DNA from: Thermoplasmatota archaeon
Lineage (GTDB): Archaea > Thermoplasmatota > Poseidoniia > Poseidoniales > Thalassarchaeaceae
Length of the DNA: 64,000 bases
Assembly: GCA_036154155.1 (NCBI GenBank)
Contig: JAYZLP010000012.1
Coordinates: 22,393 to 86,392, forward strand
Reading direction: 5' to 3'
A program made the translations under genes and the position numbers. The notes under the pieces were generated by a model. That model saw only the letters and a list, made by a program, of their open reading frames with translations. It was not told the origin of the DNA and made no database searches. Positions 38,801-47,930 of this stretch are shown one piece after another (position 1 is the first letter of the stretch; every line of letters begins with the position of its first letter).

Positions 38801-38833
38801 TCTAGGGAGGCCTCAATAGTCCCTCAGGAATGA
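29870..38833 (+). CDS. Giant (2987 aa) surface protein: signal peptide, TSP3-like Ca-binding repeats, transglutaminase-like core, many Ig/CARDB-like domains, C-terminal TM plus DUF4129-like cytoplasmic domain
   Basis: Uninterrupted 8.96-kb ORF. Repeated DTDGDG(I/L)PDGxE motifs. Transglutaminase-like core GDCDQFSTLFAVMLRSAGIPARKVTGF...TWVEVHL...GWIPFE. C-terminal TM ALAILVIIGLAAAGVIVLRRRK. About 125-aa cytoplasmic tail. Confidence 0.75.
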   Translation: MRSMDSFSQSTGSDKDGLRKVRSAIIFSALMLISSYSALEFAAWEALASTDQDGDGLSYGLEFYINTQPQDWDTDNDGLPDGWEWQYGLNPLSATGDNGSTGDPDGDSLSNLNELMFGIPANWDDPNTPNELDNGVWWNGTVPVSNWDEESAMQLIQGLGSDGADEDPWGNICFNTFDDDKDGMVDNFDGDGDGDANCTSDDDDGDGLIDEDPNGWDTDGDGMPDGWEVANGLDPTSRTNQDGASGDPDGDGLVNLKEFINPAWGTRNGTTTPPTQYFRPGPLAMTATESPCNPVLQLGPGGCLIFTAEVDGITSTDPQNNDTDGDGLNDSHEALVLLTDPTAPDTDGDGISDGVEVNGQYGDPPLASDPRDNNTDDDQFDDGEEDLNGNGIVDENETDPTRIEDSGDFDDDGIPNWEENMTCTLWNVADTDGGGISDGSELDPSHGTDPCTSLQTLNLTIVDFDSTNMILTLNDTSALDQTPEDWRQNGEPMGYYVSSTNGSLTGFRFTSINGDSLRGIDTDKPPDATSVTFVNFSWCWDQSLGFSNDPICDDDYFDTDGDGLADWEESTGSFGFLSDWNMSDTDGDGVNDLDEILNLTDPSNPCDNLLDSDGDGLNNYFENTTVCLIAFGELGGNGTTDTYFTLWNVTDTDNGGVTDFQEYLDGTNPQNNPNDDLNPVDTDGDGIPDTIENSTGTDWRDPDTDGGGVPDGQECTSEFWDINCLNADGNPWDPTDDIDPNMMFFEAMNTSMGVDPNITHYWRWHTYDFYTGISWGVNTSLVGNTQMFPGFSTTQGVADQQFWDGSEVLGWEISLESGALIFPGEEIIVPHNAVNYTGWTDANAGLNFSNFTRDAIVDGATIDTLFVTAPQVLITQAIRENTTEFSNSSYATDLPSSYLAKGNAASFVNSITMTVINESGAFSAWDRVSAIQDFIINGNSTTSFLRNHNGTEVGVLDDEDDLSYWILNNSFEGDCDQFSTLFAVMLRSAGIPARKVTGFSGGKWTGTSFEVYGKDFTTWVEVHLQTNSNLGNADLGWIPFEACPSLSTVEVVDESWGPIWFDRDLSSGNISLDGILRFTENQTSVANITIDMYLVKSNQTENVPGSAALEEHFVGTAITDENGSFNITGQPQEVINPGYGALVLRTYEDGYVGSQGITFPWRMNITDDVAMSITEPEPVDEPKIGIGVNTTVTGEISLSSEPYNDITQLDSLQVVLNYTTTADGPVSLISSVGAGGYYEFSVPIDESEQEGLIAATLNFLGWHEEDLNNATPPLYHLRPQSVGFNLNLTPAPNLTVILEGHGANNTILEIDQPIYLNGTVLSRSAIPEALNGTLTLQMRRSAANGPFTTLNSWYLNDSDWTGALGQFAVNWSFSASEVPIPAGLVEIRYQFEADGLFAKDESVVIDEHGVKSYVNFSYILNPAPVGSDSEVEVTLSDHTGNSVASFVGDYTLDFNGELVWNQSDPELPRVMVTWRPTIDVEAGDYPWQLNYSGSTWLLPNSVLDTVRVQGRADVSFTLGSDWTPRGQSSWISGFARDINLNSTILGNNSSIIVNMEVPSDQPPTPDGLEAPPVTYRLGEQWIDNTTGEYNITFQMPSGVGAGVYDLRLILDFEKNPPAGGAYYLVSGAVVLQAGVQTEYVVEAEPLQSIVIAGQTLVTNATVTDVESNDRLQNTTVDIYFDWGGPLQQVLNSTVTGSDGVARFTPTIPADAPPGYYDVRLHAPDDLTDSLTTPNAGRWIGNESTVNLTVQVASSIRIDNAPLPEVTAGQFFQLQGQVLDGVDQNRSVSGPMTLEVFFLNDPSETLVTGHVTAANGSFSIMVPTDPLGDGVTNGLKTVIVSVENGSTPFYLTGSGNETILVRGVTQFTERNPLLNTIVDRGTSITFGAKLVESSDGDRQLSDMSVSALFHETWLTPEQPTNGQGVVNFTFSVPHSHPLGLIPIVLMFNGSNGSDTLHPSSTVINTITVRSPTNITFDPITSNPAAGEFLDISGTLTSSNGSGIVDRSGNALNPTLNFAIDGDTNSFSVTGGTVDANGTWSARIFLDLSFPRGTHNITASYTPSVNYYGASSEDGIFDSRGFSMLSIISPTDLDPDERTVRGDNITLNMSLIDNSGQFVSGAQVDVSIDGTPAWSGLTNEDGIVTTVIPTDSNRAPGPMTITATFAGFNGTTGLLGDETWTRVVILAPTVLDVTSITGSAIAGESVTFTGTLLDEHGAPLIENGEEKGGVVHLSIDGIDVGPVYTSISNSSTGIWSITYDLPLDTDYGGHTFTVDFLGGFTWVDPMGQGDSLNPEYYLPSTITQEFNATQTSQVVLTTPPGEVDRNELLLIEGMLTDGAGRVLPGRDLDVYMNDQFLTSLSVSDNGTFSLFFPVPPDMPLGPRNVRIEFGGEEFVIASNSSTIFTVFGPVEVSVEQPVPVAVGDVLQLSGSVKDNLPNGWLGNHSLQIFIDGILIGTTTTDEDGAWSHSWVVSEFLDVGQHTLTVIAPDQGYHREGSVEANLTIAYHTGMTLQVENNVVTRGGAWNLSGRLFDADSDGNPGLEGRVLSFLLDGEEVSTITTSIDGTFSISHELGYLISRGSHDVSLAFAGEQLYLSNVINATVYARADIQIEILFLEDEVVRSDGNRPIRVLGRIIEIGGEGNTMEEMDLSLYWEDSLRPNTKITWDETTGQFLVESNAISTMPPGVASMSIVVDPDSSRFLNGGEIDFEVIIKVPVNFEFLPDSLFLEIGQSSMSGKVNVTATDRAEVIEGVSITARLVNETSTHFTVVGVTDQNGIFTYQFESFHENHPLWDRDFWGDLSVEFSSDSDIIDPIDAARLSQFAVVDVEYQPEQGASLVGPAMTALAILVIIGLAAAGVIVLRRRKQAAIDELAGVFSYTAELLAAGDEVREAIFNCYEGLCQILMSRGFLRRDFETVREFELAIRNALPISEQALLSLDRIFEEARYSSHVLGEPHRESAQMALSSVLQEIDQLEEVPSREASIVPQE
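30020..32100 (+). repeat. Intragenic array of about 20 thrombospondin-type-3-like calcium-binding repeats (DxDxDGxxDxxE) in the giant gene
   Basis: Repeated gayacygayggngayggn-type codon strings encode DTDNDGLPDGWE, DPDGDSLSNLNE, DTDGDGMPDGWE, DTDGDGISDGVE and similar. Confidence 0.6.
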
Positions 38834-39303
38834 TCTTCCAGGGACAATCCCAAGGTGTGTCCGTTCCATGATGCATCCGAAATGAATGACCCAGTAGGAA
38901 GTCTGAAAGTCCTCAAAACTCCTCCAAAACCACTGGGCGCGATAATTCGAGCTATAGTGCCAGACTCGCCCTCCATGACTTCGAGGACGACCCCCCTTCT
39001 ATTCGCCGAAGGCATTGGAATCTCCATGTAGCTACCCTCTATTGAACCTCCTAGGTCAGCAACCATCTCGCCTATAGTTGTGACATCGCTGTTCGCCATC
39101 CTAGTCGACTCAGGAATGTCTCCAACCTGCCCCTTGAATTCCTCGTGGGACTTCGAGACCTCAGACATGTGCGGCAGGTCAGAGAGAAACTGCGCATGTG
39201 CTTCCGAGGCGGTAACATCGAGGCCCAAACCGACTCCTTGGAATTCATTTTCCGTAACAGCACCGCCGTCTGAGTCGGCAATTACAACCCTCCTCCACGT
39301 CAT
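38824..39303 (-). CDS. Hypothetical protein (about 160 aa) downstream of XPD helicase
   Basis: ORF-track entry 38824..39375 trimmed to the internal M (MTWRRVVIADSDGG) to avoid overlapping the helicase 3' end. No recognised motif. Confidence 0.35.
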   Translation of the reverse strand: MTWRRVVIADSDGGAVTENEFQGVGLGLDVTASEAHAQFLSDLPHMSEVSKSHEEFKGQVGDIPESTRMANSDVTTIGEMVADLGGSIEGSYMEIPMPSANRRGVVLEVMEGESGTIARIIAPSGFGGVLRTFRLPTGSFISDASWNGHTLGLSLEDHS

Positions 39304-39328
39304 GCTATCGTTGCCCCCAATGGCCCGA

Positions 39329-41350
39329 CTAAGATGAACCCATTGATTTAGGTATCCGGAAGAATCGCTCAACATGTTTGCCTGTTCTAGAGGGGCTAGA
39401 TGTCCTCAATGAGTCCATTGACCCGGGCATACAATCCCTGCTCCTTCCTTCCAGGAGCCTCTTCTCGAGAAGTACCACTATAGCCCTATCTTCTGCCTTT
39501 CTTATGGGTCTCCCGAGTGCCTGTAGGACGCTGTTTACGGCCGGCTGCAGACTTGCATACTTCCATGCCCTTGATCTCCCGAACCTGCTAGTGTAGTATC
39601 CAAACAGTGCCTCCTGCTTGGCACTGGGCGGGGGTAATGGGAGGCCAATGCAGACCACGGCATCAAGGATGTTGTCAGAGTAATCTATCCCTTCTGACAG
39701 TTTGCCGCTCAATACTCCGAAAATCACAGAATTCTTCCCCATCGACCTAAGTTCGTGTAGCCTATTGACCATTCCATCAACTGAGCGCTTGGACATGCCC
39801 CTTTCCTCCTTCAGGCGATGCCTCCCGAAGACGTACCCAGTCTCTGACGCAATCCTTTCCATCATGGAATAGCTGGGGGCGAAAATTGCAACGTTACCTG
39901 GAGTTTTTTCCAGAACGGAAGTTATGTGTTGGCTAATGGTCCCGAAACTCGACTCTCTCTCCGAGAACTTGCTCGTTACATCGCTGGCAATTAGTACATG
40001 TCTATTTTCAGGGGGAAATCCCGAATTGTACTCCTTGCCCCTATATCCTTCCTCGTGTATCCCTAGGATTTCGCAATACATAATTGGGGGAAATAGTGTT
40101 CCCGACATCAGAATTGAGCCAGCACACTCTTCGAAAATGGGGCCACCTACAACTCCTGGATCCAGTAAATGACTCGAAATCCGGGGCTCTTCCAATATGT
40201 TGTCGAACACTAATGCAAGGGCATCGCTATTTCTGTATTTGATGCAAACGTCCAGCATTTCCGCAAGTCTGATACAATCGTTCTGCTCTTCTTCTTCCAG
40301 TGAGTCGTCATCATCTATTTTCACCCTCATCAAGTTCCCAATCATTTCTCGGATAATCGAGATTTGATCGTTCGTCGAATCATCAAGCCCGACTATGGCG
40401 TTGCCTATGGCACCTAGGAACTCATTTGTCTCGATCCGTAGGTCATCCCAGTCAGACTCCTCGTTTTCCACGGTCTTGCTGTCGAACCATTTTCTCAGCA
40501 CAGTGTCATCTCTGAGGGCCTTAATCTGCTTCTCCAGCTTAACAGCGTCTCCGAAACCATATGCTTCACCGGTATCTAGCTGCAAGGCAACTTTCTCCAG
40601 GTTTCCCTTGTATTCCTGGACATCACTCAGCGCCCTTCTGAATACCTGATCAGTAATCCTTCTTTCCAATCCATTCCTGATTCGATCTGGTAGGTTATGG
40701 GCTTCATCAACTATCAATATAGACTCATTTAGATTAATCCCCATGGCCGGAAGTGAGCTTTCTCTGACTTCCTCGATGAAAATATGATTATAGTCACAAA
40801 CCAATACATCTGTATCTCTGGCAGCTGCCCTAGCGGCAGCCCATGAGCACACCCTTTCTTGCTTGCCATACTTTATTCCCCACTCGACATGCCGAGGCTC
40901 TGACAGGATAATGTCCTTCATCCTGTTTCTTTTTCTCTGCCTGCCCTCCTCCGTCGACTCCTTTTCACAGTTGCATTTACCGGTCGATTTGTCGATAACA
41001 TCACACATCCCCTCCCTTCCAATGATATCAACTAATTTGACTCTCGAAATTCCCGTTGGAAGCCTCGAGTTGATCATTTTGACGGTGTCAACAACGATCC
41101 TATGTTGCGATTGCCTACCTGTCATGAAAACAATCTTCGGCTTCAAACCCTCTTGGGACCTATCATTTGCAACATGCAATGCGGAAGCCAAGGACGCCGC
41201 AGTCTTGCCTATTCCTGTGGGCGCGGCAGCCAGCAGGGCTCCTCCTGATAGCAGGGAGTCTATTCCGTCCCTGATCATCTCGATTTGGGAGTCCCTCATC
41301 TTCTCATGAGCATGGTAAACTCCCAGATCCGGGGTATCGGAAGTGGTCAT
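39329..41350 (-). CDS. xpd: XPD/Rad3-family (DinG-like) 4Fe-4S DNA helicase
   Basis: Walker A AAPTGIGKTAASL and DEAH box VDEAHNLPD. Cys residues of the FeS-cluster insertion (GMCDV...GKCNC...RVCSW...LVCDY). Length 673 aa. Confidence 0.8.
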   Translation of the reverse strand: MTTSDTPDLGVYHAHEKMRDSQIEMIRDGIDSLLSGGALLAAAPTGIGKTAASLASALHVANDRSQEGLKPKIVFMTGRQSQHRIVVDTVKMINSRLPTGISRVKLVDIIGREGMCDVIDKSTGKCNCEKESTEEGRQRKRNRMKDIILSEPRHVEWGIKYGKQERVCSWAAARAAARDTDVLVCDYNHIFIEEVRESSLPAMGINLNESILIVDEAHNLPDRIRNGLERRITDQVFRRALSDVQEYKGNLEKVALQLDTGEAYGFGDAVKLEKQIKALRDDTVLRKWFDSKTVENEESDWDDLRIETNEFLGAIGNAIVGLDDSTNDQISIIREMIGNLMRVKIDDDDSLEEEEQNDCIRLAEMLDVCIKYRNSDALALVFDNILEEPRISSHLLDPGVVGGPIFEECAGSILMSGTLFPPIMYCEILGIHEEGYRGKEYNSGFPPENRHVLIASDVTSKFSERESSFGTISQHITSVLEKTPGNVAIFAPSYSMMERIASETGYVFGRHRLKEERGMSKRSVDGMVNRLHELRSMGKNSVIFGVLSGKLSEGIDYSDNILDAVVCIGLPLPPPSAKQEALFGYYTSRFGRSRAWKYASLQPAVNSVLQALGRPIRKAEDRAIVVLLEKRLLEGRSRDCMPGSMDSLRTSSPSRTGKHVERFFRIPKSMGSS

Positions 41351-41551
41351 GGAAAGGGCCCTGCCAGTAGAACGACCAAGAAGATTGGGTTCAGACTACG
41401 GAGAATGATACTATCTAGGCCTCGGCGCTCATCGTTGAACTAGCCTTTCTTGCTCGGTCCAAGAGACCCTCGAAATTTGGTGCGAGAGGGCGCATAGAGC
41501 GCCCCCCCGCGTTGGTTCTGTGCATCCCGTCCTCACACATTTTCCCTCGCC

Positions 41552-41902
41552 TCATATAGCGTTTGATTCGTCATCATACCTTGCACGGAGGGCATCCATT
41601 CGAGCAGCAAGGAGATCCTCAACCGTGGCATCCTCTATCGCGACTCTCCTGATATGCTCCCTGGCTGCCTGCCTAAGCACAACATCCGGGCTCTCTCCGT
41701 GTAATTTGCAGAAGTCGCCAATCCTAGCACTCAAATCAGGCCCTAGGTCTACTTGCACCCTTTCTCCAGAAACTTGATGCTCAGAGGAGAGATACTGCCT
41801 CACAGCATATCGGATTACATCGGATCTGTTCCTCATCCCGTCGAGGCCCACTAGCCTGTCCAATTCCAAGAGATGATCCTCTGGAATCCTGAGCGAGACC
41901 AT
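41552..41902 (-). CDS. Ribbon-helix-helix (CopG/NikR-like) transcriptional regulator
   Basis: MVSLRIPEDHLLELDRLVGLDGMRNRSDVIRYAVRQYL is a canonical RHH beta-alpha-alpha unit. A second helical region follows (DVVLRQAAREHIRR). Start set at MVSL; the ORF track extends to 41941. Confidence 0.65.
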   Translation of the reverse strand: MVSLRIPEDHLLELDRLVGLDGMRNRSDVIRYAVRQYLSSEHQVSGERVQVDLGPDLSARIGDFCKLHGESPDVVLRQAAREHIRRVAIEDATVEDLLAARMDALRARYDDESNAI

Positions 41903-41960
41903 TGGGCTGTGGCCGGCCAACTTGCTTCCTCCGAGCCGCACAGAGAGGCAAGGGGTCTTA

Positions 41961-42024
41961 ATTGTATCTCAATTGAAATGCATATGAAATACAATGAGCA
42001 TGACCTACCCTTCCATTGTACAAT
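41961..42024. promoter_or_regulatory. Palindromic operator-like sites (ATTGTA / TACAAT half-sites) in the divergent RHH / HD-hydrolase intergenic region
   Basis: ATTGTAT at 41961-41967 pairs with ATACAAT at 41989-41995, spacer 21 nt, with internal CAATTG, ATGCAT and CATATG palindromes. A perfect 10-bp palindrome ATTGTACAAT lies at 42015-42024. The surrounding region is AT-rich. Confidence 0.4.
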
Positions 42025-42092
42025 TTTTCTGAAATTGAAGATAGAGTGCCATTCAAGGGGAAGCATACTCTCGGAGGCTCGCAGGGAACGGT

Positions 42093-44889
<2,797 letters not shown>

Positions 44890-44893
44890 GGCA

Positions 44894-45661
44894 TTAATCG
44901 ACATCATTTTGCTCCACGACCTCATCTTCGTGGAGGGATGATAGGAACTTCTTGAGCCTCTCAGTCTGAGGGCTGTTGATGATAGAGGAAGGCCCCTCTT
45001 CTGCCACAACTCCCTGGTCCATGTAGATAATTCGATCAGCTACATCCCTGGCAAAGCCAATCTCGTGAGTCACTACGACCATTGTCATTCCTTCGTCAGC
45101 AAGTCCACGGATGGTCTCCAACACCGAACCTATGAGTTCTGGATCAAGGGCGCTGGTCGGCTCATCGAAAAGCAGAACCTCCGGCTTCATGGCAAGGGCT
45201 CTGGCAATAGCAACACGCTGCTTCTGCCCGCCGGAAAGGTTGCCCGGGTAAGCATCAATCCTGTCGAGCATATCGACTCTTTCCAGAACTGACATTGCTA
45301 CTTCCTCTGCTTCCATCTTGCCCATACCTTTGACATGTCTCAGGCCCAATGTAATATTGTCAAGGACCCTAAGGTGCGCAAATAGCTCGAATGACTGGAA
45401 AACCATCCCTATCCTGGATCGCAAGTCATTTACATCGGTGTGAGGGGTGTTAACCTGCTCCTCCTTCAAGAAAATCTTGCCGTCAGTAGGTTCTATCAGT
45501 CGATTTATGCACCTTAGGACAGTCGACTTACCACTTCCAGATGATCCAATTATGGCAACAGACTCCCCTTGTTTTACTTCAAATGATATGCCCTTGACAG
45601 CATGAACGCCACCCGCATAAATCATATGCAGATCTTCCACGTCTAGTACCTTTTCTGGCAT
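44894..45661 (-). CDS. ABC transporter ATP-binding protein (polar amino acid type)
   Basis: Walker A GSSGSGKST, signature LSGGQKQRVAIARAL, Walker B LLFDEPTSALD. Confidence 0.9.
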   Translation of the reverse strand: MPEKVLDVEDLHMIYAGGVHAVKGISFEVKQGESVAIIGSSGSGKSTVLRCINRLIEPTDGKIFLKEEQVNTPHTDVNDLRSRIGMVFQSFELFAHLRVLDNITLGLRHVKGMGKMEAEEVAMSVLERVDMLDRIDAYPGNLSGGQKQRVAIARALAMKPEVLLFDEPTSALDPELIGSVLETIRGLADEGMTMVVVTHEIGFARDVADRIIYMDQGVVAEEGPSSIINSPQTERLKKFLSSLHEDEVVEQNDVD

Positions 45662-47857
45662 TCATTCACCTCCCGTAATACCTAGTCCCGGGATCCTAGT
45701 TTTTTCCTCTAGCCATCTTAGAATTAGGGCAAGAGTCCATGTGACCACGAAGTAGGATATCAGAACCATCCCCCAAGCATATGCATACTGGAACGTACTC
45801 GCAACGATCAACTTGCCCTGCCTAGTAAGCTCTGCATACCCAATTATCATGGCAAGGGACGAGTTCAATACCAGATTCACCATCTCATTTCCCATCGGAG
45901 GGATGCAGATCCGAATCGCCTGAGGCATGATGACTCGTCGCATAGTTTGCAAATATGTTAGGCCAATGCTCCTTCCTGCTTCCATCTGGGCCGAAGGTAT
46001 TGCCTGAATCGCCCCTCTGATGGTTTCGCATTGGTAGGCACCAGAATTGAATCCTAGTGCGCATATGGCACTGATGAATGCTGAGTCGTAGAGTACTCCC
46101 CCTATCAGCGTCCCATAATTGTCTTCAGAATGGTCGTATGTGGCAATAATGTCCGTCAGGAAGTTATGATTATTTTCCAGATTATCGAAGCTAAAAATTT
46201 CCAGTCCGGGTTCCTGGATAAGGGCCCCTAGCCTAAGGCCGAAATGGATGAATAGGAACTGGACAATTAACGGAGTGTTACGGAAGAAGTCTGTGTAAAC
46301 GGTCGCTATTGCGTTCAACGGTCTGACCTTCCAAGGATTTAGGGCGAATGGTCCAACCCTTACTTTCGAGAAATTACCATCATTGCTCAGGAATAGTGTA
46401 CCTAGGAACAATAGCGCAATTCCCAGAAGTATTTTGGCGAAAGAAACAGGTGCGCCAACTGGAAGGAAAACATACTCAATTCCCTGCAGCCCTAGATCAC
46501 TAGCCCCTGGTATGGCCGAATAAAATAGGTACAGTCCGCCTGCTAGAAGTGGAATCCCAACTAATCTGACATACTTAGCTTCGTAACGTTCTACAACGTA
46601 CCTAAGTGATGTCGGGGATGTTTTGCACATTGCAAGGGTGACTCCCAGTAGGAATCCCAGGATAATTCCGAATGCGACTATTTTCAGTGTCGCGATGAAT
46701 CCTGATAGGAACATTGCCTTAGTCTCATCAACAAAGACTCCGAAGTTCCCATATTCCGGTACGACGAATCCTAATTGATCGTCTGCACCAGCATTCTCGG
46801 TCCACAGTATCTTGCCCCCGTCGCCAACTGCAACGCCATTGAATCCAGTCAGCATTACAATGTCGTTGAAGTCACTATTGTTTCCAAGTGGGTTAATCTG
46901 CTGAGAAACAATTGTTCCGCCATTGATGCTCATTGAGATGTAGCCGCCTTCACCGGTCATCAGAAACTTCGACGTTGTTACTACTTCAATCGAAGTCAGC
47001 ACGACGTCAAGTGTCTCCGGACCAAGGACATATTCGTTCGATCCAGCGGGATAGTGCCTCTCGAACTCTACTAGTGTCCAAATGTACCCTACATCAGTCC
47101 CCGTCACTACGTTACTCATCGAGATTAGAATACTCCCATCATTCGTAATTGCGTAAATCCTAGTGGGGCTGTAGAACTCCACCGAGACGATTTCAGCATC
47201 ACCCGCTCCTTCGGGCGCCTCACGATACTCCCAACTTCCCCCTCCATCATCGGAAAATAGGATGGTTCCATCCGAGCCAACCACAATTCCTAGATTCTCA
47301 TCGAGAAACGAAACACCCAGTAGATCACTTTCTATGGACAGGTTTGTTTCCGCCCACGTCCCCCCCTCAAGATTCCATATTGTTCCATGGGCTCCCACGG
47401 CAACGGCGGTTTCACTCCCGGTCAACGAGATTCCATTCACAATAGATCCTTCGGGAAGGGAGATGTCTGTCCAAAGATCTCCACCGCTCTTCCTAAGCAT
47501 CATAAGTCCATTTTCTCCCGAAACCAGCAAGGACCCAAAACCCGAGTCCGAGTTTAGAATGTCACTTGTCGTGGGAGAATCGTAGGCAGCCCATGTAATT
47601 CCATTGTCATCACTGTGTAGCATCGCACCCCCTGTTCCGAATGCCCAAATTACGCCTTCAATTTCAGTAGCAGTAAGGAGATCCTCAGAAGTCCCGCTTT
47701 CTACTACTTCCCAACTGCTCTTGAAATCAGAGGCCTGGCTTGGATTCACTGAAGTCAATAGGAGTATCACTATTGAAATGGAAATTATGTTGGCAGCGCC
47801 CCTCATTCTTGTTGAATCGGAGAGCCGAGAATCCTCTTCGAACATGGTGAGCCCCAT
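45662..47857 (-). CDS. Fusion protein: N-terminal extracellular Ycf48/BNR-like beta-propeller domain plus C-terminal polar-amino-acid ABC permease domain
   Basis: Signal peptide, then repeated SxDxGxTW BNR-type motifs (SDDNGITWAAY, SDDGGGSWEY) over about 370 aa. After that a multi-TM permease with EAA loop motif EAGRSIGLTYLQTMRRVIMPQAIRICIPPMGNE. The true start may be MRGAAN at 47809. Confidence 0.7.
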   Translation of the reverse strand: MGLTMFEEDSRLSDSTRMRGAANIISISIVILLLTSVNPSQASDFKSSWEVVESGTSEDLLTATEIEGVIWAFGTGGAMLHSDDNGITWAAYDSPTTSDILNSDSGFGSLLVSGENGLMMLRKSGGDLWTDISLPEGSIVNGISLTGSETAVAVGAHGTIWNLEGGTWAETNLSIESDLLGVSFLDENLGIVVGSDGTILFSDDGGGSWEYREAPEGAGDAEIVSVEFYSPTRIYAITNDGSILISMSNVVTGTDVGYIWTLVEFERHYPAGSNEYVLGPETLDVVLTSIEVVTTSKFLMTGEGGYISMSINGGTIVSQQINPLGNNSDFNDIVMLTGFNGVAVGDGGKILWTENAGADDQLGFVVPEYGNFGVFVDETKAMFLSGFIATLKIVAFGIILGFLLGVTLAMCKTSPTSLRYVVERYEAKYVRLVGIPLLAGGLYLFYSAIPGASDLGLQGIEYVFLPVGAPVSFAKILLGIALLFLGTLFLSNDGNFSKVRVGPFALNPWKVRPLNAIATVYTDFFRNTPLIVQFLFIHFGLRLGALIQEPGLEIFSFDNLENNHNFLTDIIATYDHSEDNYGTLIGGVLYDSAFISAICALGFNSGAYQCETIRGAIQAIPSAQMEAGRSIGLTYLQTMRRVIMPQAIRICIPPMGNEMVNLVLNSSLAMIIGYAELTRQGKLIVASTFQYAYAWGMVLISYFVVTWTLALILRWLEEKTRIPGLGITGGE

Positions 47858-47930
47858 TGTTTGGCATTCTTCCTTGGATATAGTCTAGGCGGACCGCCAA
47901 TTCTAAGTCAAATCGCCCCCTGATTACCCC

